From positions 2,542,001-2,606,000 of the forward strand of contig NC_043004.1 in NCBI RefSeq assembly GCF_006345805.1: a stretch of 64,000 bases of DNA, given 5' to 3'. The first letter of the stretch is position 1, and each line of letters begins with the position of its first letter. Below are positions 11,245 through 24,725 of this stretch, piece after piece. The DNA is from Octopus sinensis. Taxonomy: Eukaryota. The position numbers and the translations under genes are program-made. The notes under the pieces are model-generated. The model ran no database searches. It saw only the letters and a program-made list of their open reading frames with translations, and was not told the DNA's origin.

Positions 11245-12025
11245 TCAAAGCCGCTTGGCAAAGATTGACCGTAAAATCAGTTATGCATGCGCCCTAAGTT
11301 TTAAAATTCTAGCTCAATTTTGCTGCTTACAGCAGTGCTTGGAAGGAAGGTGTGTAGCGTGTAGTCGTCGCATTGACCATGATAGAGAAAGTTGTCGTGG
11401 CGGTAGCTGCTCAGAGGCCAACGCAAAGTTGCAGAAAGTGTATGGAGAGTAGTGTATGAACCGTGCACAAGTGTACAAATGATTCACATGTTCCCAAGAT
11501 GGCCAAAAAATATTGATAGTGATGAATGTTCTGGGAGACCTGCAACCAGCAGGAATGAGAAAAACATCGCAGATTGTGCGCAGCTGTGAGGAGAAATGGT
11601 CTATCACCATCCGTGAGTAATCAAAGGATGTGAGGTTTAGTTCAGTCCATTATCATTGAAAATTTGTGCCAAAACCGACCAGATAGACACTGGCTTTTCA
11701 ATTGCACAAGATCTTGATAGTGTCGAGAACGAAGAATGCTTTTTGAAAACTTTGCGTAGGCCTCTGAGCAGTTATCGCCAAGCTTTTGGTAAAGTTTGAT
11801 GCTGATTCTCTGCTCAACTTACTGTCATGGCGAATGCGACGATCACACGCTACACACGTTCCTTCGAAGCAATGCTGTAAACAGCGGATGTGGGCTAGAA
11901 CATCAAATCTTCGTGCACATGCATTAACAGAGTTCAAGGTCAATCTGTGCCAAGTAGCTTTACTCTTCGTACTTTAGCTTCGTTACTACGGCAACAGTCC
12001 GGATACTAATTGATCAGACTACGTA
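11245..12025. mobile_element. two mariner 5' ends in inverted orientation (fold-back structure)
   Basis: + arm encodes decayed EANAKLQKVYGE*CMNRAQVYK...DECSGRPATSRNEKNI. The - arm starts with mariner-type TIR TA|CGTAGTCTGATCAATTAGTATCCGGACTG (ending 12025) and encodes VEQRISIKLYQKLGDNCSEAYAKF. 11245-11430 aligns to the reverse complement of about 11750-11960. Confidence 0.8.
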
Positions 12026-12252
12026 TTTGGTATAACGGTAGATTTTGGTAAGTTAGACACCAATGCTAATGTTAATGATGATTTCGGTGATAAAAGAATC
12101 TCGTAAAGATTTCCTTAGCAAGTATATGCTATGGTGTATATCAACAGCAATATAGACTTACAAACCACTTTGCGGCCGAACTGATAAAGGAAGCAAGAGT
12201 CCTGAAATTTCTATATATTTTATGCCTGACCGCTAGTAAGATAATACCTTCA

Positions 12253-12255
<3 letters not shown>

Positions 12256-12304
<49 letters not shown>

Positions 12305-12595
12305 ATATATATACATTGCACTATAGCTTGGCTGGCCGAAACGTTGAAGTCACTGTCAATAGTATTCTTAGTTAACAATAGCTTTCTATTCAATAAATGT
12401 ATGCGGTAACCCATCAGATTAATGTAAAATTGTTTTTATCATAACTGACCATGTGTGTGTGTGTTTGTAGCTTGATTTATTTAATTTTTACGAGTCTCTT
12501 CCCATTGGTTGTATTTATATATCATTATATGTGTTTGTATATGAGACTACAAAGACACGCTACATATGCGCATATCTGCATGCGAATATCTGTTA

Positions 12596-12671
<76 letters not shown>

Positions 12672-12672
12672 C

Positions 12673-12707
<35 letters not shown>

Positions 12708-12875
12708 TATTATATTATATATATATATATTATATATATATATATATACTTATATGTATGTAAATATATATAGGTGCATATATATATGTATATAAATACA
12801 TATATATATATATATTCAGAGAGAGACAGAGACAGATTTAATGCACATATACATATATACTGCATGTATACATAC

Positions 12876-12910
<35 letters not shown>

Positions 12911-12960
12911 TAATATATATATATATATATAATATGTATATATATACATAAATATGTGTG

Positions 12961-13010
<50 letters not shown>

Positions 13011-13026
13011 ACTATATATATATATA

Positions 13027-13106
<80 letters not shown>

Positions 13107-13112
13107 ATATAC
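12256..13112. repeat. (TA)n and (TATC)n microsatellite cluster
   Basis: Direct reading; unique spacers lie between the tracts. Confidence 0.9.
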
Positions 13113-14704
13113 ATATAATCTCGTGGGGAAAGTAAAATGTAGGAGTGAAGTCCGAACATTGATTTTCTTTTTTCGTTTTGCTTCATTTTCCTCTCTATTT
13201 TATGGCATTATTGTAATTGGATAGAACATTTTTTTTTGTTTTTGTTTTTGTTGATGCTTCTTTTACAGAGAACAATCTCATTTGACGGCTCAAGCGAATC
13301 TTGGATTTATTTGCAGTTCATTCAGCTGCAATTAGAGAGGATCCGGGTCATAAATGAATGAATATATAACGATGATTAAGTGCCGATGGTTTTCATGTTA
13401 GACGCGACGGATACGTATTGAATATCATTACACAGACGTAAAACACTCCTTCTCAGATTACATTGCTCATTTTTCTATAGAACCTTTCTCTTAAAACAAA
13501 ATGTCTGAAGGCTAGAAGCCGCTCCAGCATCTGTTTACTGTATCACGGGATCAGTATTTTGAGTGAGCGGAATTCGACCGCATTCATTAATAAATGAGAT
13601 CTCTGGTTTTGAAGTGAAAGGCCACGCTAGTTCAGCACCTTCATTTTCTTACTGTCGTTATAGCGTTCTGGATAGTCTCCCTGTTGTAGTTATTATCGCA
13701 GTTAATGTTTGATATTGTCAATTATATTTGTTGTTGTTTTGTTATTATTATTTCTGTTTGCAAATATAAGATGGCAGATCATCCCATATCTGACATTCCA
13801 ATCTAACTTTTATATTCTATAACCATTCTTAATCTCAGGCTTGCATTTTGTTCTGTATCCCCTTACCTTCAATTATCATCTGTTCTTTCAAGGGATTCTT
13901 TCTCCCTTTCCTTCATCGGATTTGTTCCAATGGACAAATTTGTCAAATGGTAGCAGAAAGGAAGTGGTTTACGTGCATCCTATTTATTTTGGGAACTAGC
14001 AAAAAATTATAATTATTCAAATTCTCAATAAAGTTCAAATTGTTTTCTAATCATTCAAATATTAAGCCTGTAAGATAACATTCCACCATAGTAAGAGCTT
14101 TTCGTTATAAACAACACATTAATATGAGTCTCATAACCCACCGAGTCGTACGGGCGCCATGTTAAGACTTCATTTTCCTGTTGTGTATCTGTCTTTCATA
14201 AAGATATAGTTCATATCACGTGGTTTAAATCTAGACCCATCGAAGAAAACATTGTTTCATTAACTGAAAGCTACCCTCACCTATTTTAATTAACTTAGGT
14301 TGTGTAATGTAAATCATTTTTACTGACAATAATAAACAGTAAGTTACGACAATCATGAATTTTGACACCTCTAATATGAACCAAGAAAGCAGTGGGAAAT
14401 AGGAATAACTGCAATATTGTAATTTTGACAAGGGTTTTCAACGTTTATTCGACTTCTGTTAATGAAAACGTTCAGATCCCTCTCCCATAAAATGCTCATC
14501 GCCGTGATGCCTCATGGAGATTTATATCTTATCTAAAATTGACTTTAACGTGTTAAACTAAGTCAGTATGAAACACCGTCTTCACAAACACCTAATATAT
14601 GAAAAAAGAAACCAAACAATATCAGTTACTAACTTATAACTTTTAGATTCATTCGGTCAATAATGGAGACAACTCCGGATATGTTTCGATGCAATTATGA
14701 ACAT

Positions 14705-15100
14705 GGCGCAGGTGTGACTGTGTGGTAAGGAGTTTGCTTTTCAACCACATGGTTCCGGGTTCAGTCCCACAGGGTGGCACCTAGGGCAAGTGTCTTAAAC
14801 TATAGCCTTTGGCTGTCTAAAACTTTGGGAGTGGATTTGGCAGAGGAAACTGAAATAAAACCGTTATATATATATGTAAGTGTGTGTGTGTGTGTTTATG
14901 CCCCCACCACCGCTTGACAACCGATGTTGATATGTTTACGTCTACGTAACTTAGCGGTTCGACAAAAAAGGACGACAGAGTAAGTACTTGTCTTTACAAA
15001 AAGAAAAAAAGGCCTGGAGACGATTTGCTCGACTGAAATCTTGAAGTTGGTGCGCCAGATTGGCCGCAGTCAAATGACCGAAAAGTAAAAGACAAAAGAT
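14705..15100 (+). mobile_element. tRNA-derived SINE, family B (diverged)
   Basis: Colinear with 5184-5580. Confidence 0.85.
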
Positions 15101-15778
15101 AGCAGAATGAATAGTATGGAACTTTGGCAGGAATAGTCGATCAGAAAAACTAAAGAAATAGGCAACAGTTAAAGCAACCCTACCGTCGATGCACCTGAAA
15201 TAAAAGTTCCTTTTGGAAACGGCAAAAAGTTTTATGCAGCTTTTTTATAAGTTGGTCTACATTTATTTTGCAATTTGATATTACAAACAAAATTTCGATT
15301 TTTAAATGTTATCCATTACTCACCGACCTTTGATAGTCTCTCAACTTTCTAGCTTCTATCCAAAGTTCTCTACGATTAAATTCCTCACTCTTTCTCTCTC
15401 CCTCTCTCTCCCACCCTCTCTCACTCTCTCTCGTATTATTTATATTTTGCATTATCACTTCTTTCCATACTCTCTATTAACGTCACCGCGGTTTTTATTA
15501 ACTATTTTAAACAAGTCATATTGTCTTACCCTGTTTATAGAAAACATTCTGCAATCTATCGAATTACCAAATTCTCCAATATTGGTGATTTACAAGAGTG
15601 TTTTTATCTTTCCAACTTCTTTCACTCCTCCAGTCTTTCATTCTGCCATTAATTTCCATATATATGCGTCCAAGCTCACCACCACACACACAAATGTAGT
15701 CTGTGTGTATTATTTGTAAATGTACATAGGTATACATACATACACACACATACATATATATAGCCATATAAATACATA

Positions 15779-15827
<49 letters not shown>

Positions 15828-15900
15828 GTATATAGTATATATTTATATGGGAGTATGCTGTATATATATATATATGTATATATATATATTTATATGGGAG

Positions 15901-17045
15901 GATGATGTCTACCTTGATTTTGCTAAAGCCTTCAATTCTGTGCCGCATAAACGACTCATGTTAAAACCTTCTGCAATGAGTGTAAATGATGATCTCTATA
16001 ACTGACTGAAGTCCTTCATTCTCGGCCAGAAAGAGGTAGTTGCGGTTCTAGGATGATATCATTCTTCATCCTACGAGTTGACTTCTTGTGTACCACAGTG
16101 ATGCGTTCTTGGACCTTTACTGTTTGTTGCATATATTAATGATATAGAGGAATGTTACAATTTGAGGAATGTTACAGTGCTGAAATATGCAGATGACATC
16201 AGGCTGTACCTCGAAATAAAAAGAACAGATCCTATGCGCTATAGATCTTCCCTGCAATTAGACCTGATTGCAATGCAGCAATGGATTTCTGAGTGGCAAC
16301 TCAAATTAGCTGTGGACAAGTGCGTCACCATGCATTTTGGGAGGAAGAATCCAGCCTTTACATACTCCCTCAGCGACATCAATCTCAAGAAGTCTTCTAG
16401 CGGACGTGATCTGGGCATTATTGTAAACAACGATCTACATTGGACAAACCACATCCCTAAGATTGTCCAGAAAGCTGAGGGGGAAGTGGGGTGCTAGCAT
16501 CACTCAGTAAGGCCTTTATCAGCCGCTCTCCAGCTACCTATTTTAAATTGTATACGACAATGGTACGTCCACACTTGGAATTTGTATCACCAGTCTTGCT
16601 CATCATATAAATCTCCTGGAAACAGTTCACAAACGTAGAAACAGACGAATACCTGCCGGCAGGCATCTACCATACTCTGAATGTCTTGCTTCCTTGGACA
16701 TGGACACATTAAAGCTCAGACGTCTGGCAACTGACTTGGTAGACACCCACAAGATTATCCTCCATCTTTTCAACAACAACCTTGGGCACCTTTTCGAATT
16801 CCATATGACAAACACTAGCGGACATGCTTATAAAATCGAAAAACAACACAGCATCCATGTGACTTTCGGAAACATTTTTCAAGCTCAGAATTGCTGAAAC
16901 AAGGAGTAAACTACTCGCATCAGTTGTAAGTTGTTGAGACACTAAATCCTTCAAAACGTCCATGCTTTCTGAAATCCGCCAACTGTACACATGAAGGCCT
17001 TGTTTTTATAGTGCACCTGAGCACTGTATACAACACTTTCATTAA
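15901..17045 (+). mobile_element. CR1/L2-group LINE, 5'-truncated, RT C-terminal half with stops
   Basis: VYLDFAKAFNSVPH, VPQ*CVLGPLLFVAYINDI, LKYADDIRLY, KCVTMHFG, RDLGIIVNNDLHW; flanked by (TA)n on both sides. Confidence 0.92.
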
Positions 17046-17046
17046 T

Positions 17047-17077
<31 letters not shown>

Positions 17078-17143
17078 CCGATATATATATATATATATAT
17101 ATATATCTATATATATATATATACATATATACCATATACATAC

Positions 17144-17176
<33 letters not shown>

Positions 17177-17221
17177 ATATAATATATATATATACATATA
17201 TATATATTATATATATACATT

Positions 17222-17258
<37 letters not shown>
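17046..17258. repeat. (TA)n/(GATA)n microsatellite
   Basis: Direct reading. Confidence 0.95.
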
Positions 17259-17262
<4 letters not shown>

Positions 17263-18414
17263 TTCAGAACTAATGATGCTATTCTGAAATTATCATAAAT
17301 ATATATTCTTAAATCGTACTCTCAATTCGTGTATCGCTTAGGGGTTACTGTTATAATTTTAATTTGCGATCGAAAACAATGAAATGTTAAATTATTTTCA
17401 CTGATATTTAGTTAGTATGAATAAATTCTTGATTTTCTTGAATAATAATGCATTGTCTATCGAGGCTACATTATTTATCCAGTGATTTAATTTTAATAAA
17501 AGTTCCAATTTTTATCTCCTGACTATCGTGTTCTATAAAATTTCAAGAAAGGACCAAATATTTTGGAAACCTTTTACTCTTTTATTGCTATGTACAATGG
17601 TACAACAATATATATTGAGAAGACAAATAACAAAATGTTTTCAATTTATATTGGATAAAATATATTGAGAAAGAGACTTTTGTTTATTTGAATTAAAACT
17701 CCATTGAAAGCAAAGTAGCCATAACTGGTCACAACGGATTAGATGTTAAACCTATTAATAAAGGTCGATAAGAAAAAGTCATTAAATCCTTTACTTGTAT
17801 CTTTTGGTTGCTTCCATGAATGGAACGATCTTATTAACGATTTGTAGCTCCTGGAAAAGGAAGAGTATCGTTTGGAAATCATTAGAAACCAGACTTTCAT
17901 ATTTTATCTCCATTCCGATAATTTTCACGATGAAATATATATAATGAAACATATAATACCACCAACGTTTTGTATAGTTTTCACAAGAACATAAACGTGA
18001 TTCCATACGACCTATTCGTGACATTACATGATTTAGGAAAATATAACCCGTACGTAGCCAGCGAAATGTTCGTTTATTTGTATTGCACAGTAACTGATAA
18101 GTATATAAGATGATAAATCTAGTTGGAATAATGGAAAATTTAAGTTCGTTATTTCATCTGTTGATTCTTTTCAATACGTTCACACCATTGAGTGATTATA
18201 TGTTTACTAAATAATTTTACTTGGACAACATTTCGACTCTGTTCTATATCTGATACTTTGTAATCCATTTTGTCTTTTCTTTTGCATTTTCGTTCCTATA
18301 AACGACTTTATGACGTGGCATCCAGAATCATTGCTTTTGCTTTATATTTTCAAATAAATAATTATATATTTGCAAATGTATACTTTCGATATATATATCT
18401 GATCTCCCTCAGGA

Positions 18415-18520
18415 ATCCCGCGACTGACAGGCTATCCATCCAGGTGGAGTCTATATACGCCATGGAAACCGGAAAACCGGCCATATGAGACGGCATGACT
18501 CGAGGTGGGGCTTAAAACAA
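18415..18520 (+). mobile_element. SINE 3' fragment related to the element at 54482
   Basis: GACTGACAGGCTATCCATCCAGG...CCATGGAAACCGGAAAACCGG...CATGACTCGAG resembles 54633-54727. Confidence 0.45.
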
Positions 18521-20219
18521 AAACGTGCTTTAAATATAGTTTCTCTTTGGGGTACATTAGCCTCTGAAAATTTATACAGAATCGCCCATAATTATCTTGC
18601 AAACACTATAAGAGGTTGAACTGACATAGAATAACAACATATGTCTCCCAACTCGTTTCAACTTCAACAACATCCTGAGTAAATAAAGAGGTTTCTGATT
18701 ACATCTCACTAGGAAGATTATTGTAACTGCAATCAGAAAATAGCTGTCTCGTCAATTAATAAAATGATCTCAATGGAAATGAAACACTTTCTAACGACAT
18801 TAACAGCAGTTGCTACAATAATTTATTCCTGTATTTGACACTTGTCCAGAGAATAATGTTTCAAAAGATTTTAGAGATTCGACCAGAAAATATATTTTAT
18901 TGTTCATTTAGATTTCATTTATTGTTATCATCTTTCCTTTGATATTTTTATTTCTGTCCCTGCTTTGGATTAATTCTTCGTATTTTTATCACATAACTAT
19001 GTATAATATTTTTTCTGATCGATGCCATGGTAGAAATGGTTAAACCGTGGACTAAATTTCCGACTGCGGGTAACATTGGCACACACCAGATTGTGAGTCG
19101 TGGGAATAATTATCGATTCATGGATTTCACCCGACTTTACTCTTTTGTGCTACCAAAACAAGGAACGATCCCGAAAGACTTCCTTGACAAGAACTGATGT
19201 CCTTCACATGCAATTTTCGTGAGACAATAGGTAAGGGACACTGGTTTGCTTTCTTATTTCTTTTTTAACAATATACAAGATACTACAAACTTGTCTATAA
19301 CCAGTTCTGAAAGAATGAAGGAGTGAAGAATGAAACAGCTCAGTATTTGACAGGTATTTAATTGAACCCACGATAATGAAAGGTAAAAGTGACAATAGTG
19401 ACATATGAAATCAAATTCTAGAAAAGCGGTTAAAAATACTAATAGACGTTCTACTGCCTATCTAACGAGTCACCAAGTTCTCTAGATTTTGACTATTTCT
19501 TTTCCGTTAGAAGTGTGTACATCTGTGCCAAGAATAGGAGAAATCATTAATGTTTTGCAAGAAAAGAAAATTGACAACGTTATAATCTTCCATCTTTTTT
19601 TGGTCTTTTTTAAAGATCTGAGCAGAAAACCTGTTGCAGTTTACGCTTTCAGAGATCTGGGATGTCTTTAGATGTGTTCATATGTCCGGTATATCATATT
19701 GTTTATATTTATACTATGTTTCGATCGATTTTATTTCTCATCGCCATCGAGTGTTAAATTCCAAGATATGTATAAAGATAAATACTGAAATCGCACATAA
19801 GACTTGAGTTTCTGAACGAACTTTCAGAAGGTTCTTTAATAAATACGGACATAGTTAACATATGTTAAGAAATAAGGTTTCTAGTTACAATAGTTTCAGA
19901 TATGACACCAGATAACAGCATAAGACCAGCCCGTCTGAAACGTAGTATAAATGATAATATTGCAAATATATAGACAAGAGAAGAGATTAGTCGGACACAA
20001 AATTATAATCTTAATCCTTTTATTTCTCCTCCGATGAATGAAGTAGGTAGAAGACGAACTTGACTTTCAGTGTTTGACTCACATCTCCTGATAAGAAATT
20101 TCATAATCTGTCTGTCTAATGGTAAAGTGCAATGTATGCGTGTGTGTGCGTGTGCGCATGCGTTGTGTGTGTGTATGTAAGCGTGTGCGAGTTGGTGTGT
20201 TTGTTATACATATATAGAT

Positions 20220-20479
20220 ACGTATATATAGTATATTATATATATATATATATATGGGTGTGTGTTGTGTGATTGGTGTGTGTGTGTGTGTTGTGTGTGT
20301 TGTTTATATATATTCAAACTCCTATGATCAAAGATTAGCTCACGTTTTGAAACTCAGAATACCAAGGAGTTTCAATCAAACTGCTGTGATCTTACATATA
20401 ACTCCCACTAAATGTGTTGAGTGCCCCTATTCGTTTGTCGATATATATGTTGTATATATATATATATATATTATATATA

Positions 20480-20532
<53 letters not shown>

Positions 20533-21087
20533 CTATATATATATATATTATTATTATATATTTATATATGATATATAGGTCCACAACAAAAATCCAAATC
20601 GCATCTCATAACAACATTGCGGCACAATTATTTCAACTCAATTGGACCCGTTCTCTTCAACATTACACCAGGACACGTCAAAACAGAAACTGACCACACA
20701 AAATTCAAGAAGTCTTTGGGCAAATTCCTTCAAACAGTCCCGGACAAACTACCCACACCCGGATATGTCTCAGCAAACAATAACTCTCTGCTCGAACGAG
20801 CCTTGGTGCCCAAATCCTGAATTGAAAGACTTCGCCAGGTGGTGCTATTAAGTTAGACATGGCCTGGGCTAATACTGGCCAAAACCTTTCTAAGTTATTC
20901 TAAGTTATATCTCTCTCTCTCTTATCTCTCTCTTCTATCTATATATATATATATTATAATATATATATAATATATTTATATATAATAATATATATAGATA
21001 TATATATATATATATATATGGTATATATATAGTATATGTTATATATAAGTATATATAATATATATATTAAATATATATATTATATAT

Positions 21088-21132
<45 letters not shown>

Positions 21133-21200
21133 CATATTAATATACATATATATATACATATATATATACATACATATATATATATATGTACATGTATATA
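20220..21200. repeat. (TA)n-rich tracts flanking a CR1 3' end
   Basis: Direct reading. Confidence 0.85.
20579..20906 (+). mobile_element. CR1-group LINE extreme 3' end
   Basis: MRHNYFNSIGPVLFNITPGHVKTETDHTKFKKSLGKFLQTVPDKLPTPGYVSANNNSLL, typical CR1 ORF2 C-terminus, then a 3'UTR ending in the short repeat TCTAAGTTAT-TCTAAGTTAT. Confidence 0.75.
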
Positions 21201-21269
21201 TAACTACATGCGGATTATTGGCGATTCTTTTCCTCCGTCTTCTCTTGGACTTTCCACTGTCTTCTCTTT

Positions 21270-21296
21270 CTGAGGAAGAGCTTTGCTCCAAACGTA
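21270..21296 (+). ncRNA. degenerate minimal hammerhead-like motif (GAGC/GCTC stem II, G12C substitution)
   Basis: CTGAGGA-A-GAGC-TTT-GCTC-CAAA-CG-TA; same layout as 40553-40579; stem I unclear. Confidence 0.45.
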
Positions 21297-21401
21297 AACC
21301 ACCCTTCCTTTCCTTCCCTGAGCGTCTTTAATACCTTGCATGTACTAGATTCTCGCGTTGTTGCTTCTTTCTTGTGTTTTTTCTTCCTTTTTATAAATAT
21401 G

Positions 21402-21721
21402 TGAGGGTACGTGACAGTGGTTACGGCATTCGGCTCATTATTGTAAGGTCGTGAATTCAATTCCCGGCGATGTGTTGTGTCCTTGATCAAGACACTTTAT
21501 TTTACATTGCTCCAGTCCACTGATATGGCAAAAATGAGTAGTACCAGTAATTCAAAGCGTCAGTCTTGTTACGTTCTGTATCACGCTAAATCTTCCTGAG
21601 TACTGCGTTAAGGGTATACGTGTCTGTGGAGTGCCCAGCCACTTGCACCTTCATTTCACGAGCAAGCTGTCCCGTTGATCGTATCAGCTGGGACCTTTTG
21701 TCGTCGTAAACGAGGGAGTGG
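21402..21721 (+). mobile_element. tRNA-derived SINE, family C
   Basis: A/B-box-like head (GTGACAGTGG, GAATTCAATTCC), TGTGTCCTTGATCAAGACACTT, 3' end TTGATCGTATCAGCTGGGACC...GTCGTAAACGAGGGAGTG; reverse-complement homologue at 44432. Confidence 0.8.
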
Positions 21722-21724
21722 TCC

Positions 21725-22145
21725 TTACCATCTTTTTCCTGTTGCTATTCCATAATCTTGGCATATAGTGTATATAGACCAAAACTTTGTCGTGTCTGTG
21801 AATATATTCTCTCTTAGCCAGAACTGGGCAGCCAGAGACAAAATGATTTATGGTTTATTGTCCATCTCCACATATTCTGCACTAAGCTGTTGTATTTCTT
21901 TTTATTACATGTTTTGGGTAACTTCTGATGGGAAGGCTTCGATCTTGTGCTGCAATTAAAAATCCTTCAGCTTCTTCTTTGAGTCTAGAAGTTCTCAACC
22001 ATTGTTGGGATTTTGCACTGTCTATTTCTTTTCTGTTTATTTGAACTTAATATTTGCCATGAAGGGGCTTTTCTTGCCATCGTTTTATAAGGAGCCTTTG
22101 CTGTTCCAATTTTTAGTGTGGATTTCTGTTGTTTTACAGCTTTTA
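21725..22145 (-). mobile_element. R4/Dong fragment (post-RT region + CCHC)
   Basis: WQEKPLHGKY, QWLRTSRLKEEAEGFLIAAQDRSLPIRSY, CRICGDGQ*TINHFVSGCPVLAKREYIHRHDKV. Confidence 0.9.
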
Positions 22146-22298
22146 TCTTCTTCTTCTTCTTCTTCTTCTTCTTCTTCTTCTTCTTCTTCTTCTTCTTCTT
22201 CTTCTTCTTCTTTTCCACTTCTTCTTCTTCCACTTCTTCTTACCACTCTTCTTCTTTCTTCTTCTTCTTCTTCTTCTTCTTCCATTTCTTCTTCTTCC

Positions 22299-22329
<31 letters not shown>

Positions 22330-22349
22330 CTTCTTCTTCTTCTTCTTCC

Positions 22350-22393
<44 letters not shown>

Positions 22394-22404
22394 TTCTTCT
22401 TCTT
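22146..22404. repeat. long interrupted (CTT)n/(GAA)n microsatellite
   Basis: Direct reading; CAC/CAT interruptions. Confidence 0.95.
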
Positions 22405-22559
22405 TATAATTGTTAGGTACTATTACTTCTTTTTTGCATTTGTCAGCTTCCTGAAAACTGTTTTTTGCTTTGTTCGTGTTTGTGTTTATTGTTATTGTTG
22501 TTGTTTTTGTTTATTTTTGTTGTTGTTCTTGTCGTTATTACTTTTAATTTCCATCTTTG

Positions 22560-22852
22560 TTATAGTCACTTGCCAAGACACGCCCGGCGTTTTGGGGGCG
22601 AGTGAAGGATAAAAGATTTTAAAGTATGACCGAAGTTTTGGGGAGGAAAGGTAGTGAAATATCTTCATGCAATATAACAGGCATTTAAATGGATAGGGTT
22701 TTTCTAAGGGTGTGGGCAGTACTTGTCAGCACAAATTTTGGGATTTCTCTGAGATGTTGTTCTCCTGGGAACCCCATTTTTTAAATCATACCTAGGACAC
22801 CTACAATAAGAGGAACAGTTCTCGTTTTAAGATGCCACATCTTTTGTAATTC
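22560..22852 (-). mobile_element. R4/Dong extreme 3' end + 3'UTR (subfamily resembling 25729)
   Basis: ELQKMWHLKTRTVPLIVGVLGMI...FVLTSTAHTLRKTLSI*. Confidence 0.8.
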
Positions 22853-24675
22853 CTTCTTAGTACTTGCCCTTAGGCAGCACAGATTAGAGCCTCCGTTTCC
22901 GGTTTTAAGTCACTTTTAGTCATCCATATAAATCTTTTTTCCTTTGTCTTATCTTCAACATCCGTATGAAATTGACTTTTCTTTATCCACATATTTTCAG
23001 TTTCATTCATTCTCAAGTGCTTATACAGTACTTTATCTTTGCAATCTTTCATCCTACACAAGCCTGACTTTGATCTAGTAATAGCGATTCTGTGGCATTT
23101 TTTACATACCACACTATGTTGTTTTCTACCGCTCTAATGCTGTGTTCGCATCCAATCAGTCGTCATCCCCCTCTTTTCATTGGTACATATACAGTTTGTC
23201 TGCCTCACTTTTTGTTTGAAGTATCCCATATCTAGTCACCAACTTCTTTGTCTTTCTGTCTAAGCTGTTTAGTTCGTCTACTGTCCATGCGGTCACCCCT
23301 GCTCTATATCTAAGTAGTTAAACCGCCCAGGTGTTGATAGCTTCAATCTTATTCCGTCCATTTAATTTCGACTTAAGGACCAGTCTCAGTCTGTGCAAGT
23401 ACCCCATCTTAATTTTTTCTCTTACTTCTTTCTCCATCAATTTATCCATTTCCAATATCCCCAAGTACTTTCAGCCCGTCTCTTCTATCAGCTTCATAAC
23501 CTCATCCGACGGTATCGCTACCCCGTCCATATATTTGCCTAACACACCACACTTTCTCAGTCCGAACTGCATTCTGATATCAGCACTGAAGGTATACACT
23601 GTATCAACGAGGAAGCTGACTTGGGATTCATCTTTACCATAAAGTCTGAGGTCCTCCATGAATAACAAATTGTCGACATTTTTTTGGCGGCTTTTGAATA
23701 CATACCCAGCCTTTTTTTTCCTCAGGATCAGTGTTAGTGGTATCAAGCACAGTGCAAAGATCAGTGGGGACAGGCAATTCCCTTGGAAGATGCCCCTCTT
23801 GATTTCTACTGTCACTAAACTTCTTCCATATGCTATCATTTCCGTCCTTCAATTCGCCATACATTTTCCCAAGCAATCGTTCAACATTCGATGCAATACC
23901 AAACAAGTTCATACATTCCATAATCCAAGAATGTGGAATCATATCGTACGCTTTACGGTAATCGATCCATGATATGACTAAGTTACTTTTCCTCCTCTTG
24001 CAGTCTCTAAGTACAGTTTTATCTACCAGGATTTGATCCTTGGTACTTCTGCACTTACGCTTGCAATCCTTCTGCTCATGTAGCAGGACTCCACTTTTTA
24101 TCCCAACGTCCTTACATTGACTCTACGACTATTCCAGTCAATAATTTCCACATAAGTAGCAAGCAGGATATCGGCTCGCAATTATCTGCCGTATTGCCTT
24201 TTTCAATGTTTTTCAAGTACAGCACTGTCCTACTCATTGTCAACAACTCTCGTGTCACTTGGTCGGCATTTAACAAGGTGTTGAGTTGTGCAGCTATTCG
24301 TGCATAACATTTACCAGCCAAATCTTTTGATCCAGTAGCTTTCAATTCCATCTAGTCTCGGAGCGTTCCAGTTGCCCATTTCTTTTTTTTTTTTTTTGCT
24401 GATTTCCTTCAATTCCCTAACTGAAATTACTAGTTCTGCCTGTTTTGGTCAGACTACTATTTGTTTCAGTTCTTGCAACCATTCAGCATCCTTCTTGTGC
24501 TCCTTGTCTTTGCTCCAGATGTCACCCCAAAACCTTTGACTTTCAATGTTATCTGGTGTCATCTTTTCATCTGTACACTCTCCATTTATTTCTTTGTAGA
24601 ATCTCTTCTGATCTACTATGAATAACCTATTCTGCTGGTATCTCTTCATTGTTTGGACATATTTTACCATTTTCA
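22846..24675 (-). mobile_element. R4/Dong element, 5'-truncated, decayed RT domain
   Basis: YQQNRLFIVDQKRFYKEI, FWGDIWS, WIDYRKAYDMIPHSWI, KRGIFQGNCLSPLIFALCLIPL, LLFMEDLRLY, FGLRKC, KSDLKPETEALICAA; its 5' end abuts (AAT/GAT)n. Confidence 0.92.
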
Positions 24676-24680
24676 TATTA

Positions 24681-24725
<45 letters not shown>

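Noticed and set aside
12170-12350. Hammerhead-like pieces CTGATAA-AGGA/TCCT-GAAATTTC and GGCCGAAACGTTG
   Set aside because: The first has a G8A core change and no stem I; the second lacks an upstream CTGANGA. Too incomplete to call.
13861-13930. Strong minus-strand donor GAAG|GTAAGG
   Set aside because: Upstream frames are closed by stops and there is no pyrimidine-rich acceptor.
19909-19944. AGAC/GTCT stem followed by GAAACGTA
   Set aside because: The upstream core reads CAGCATA rather than CTGANGA; could be chance.
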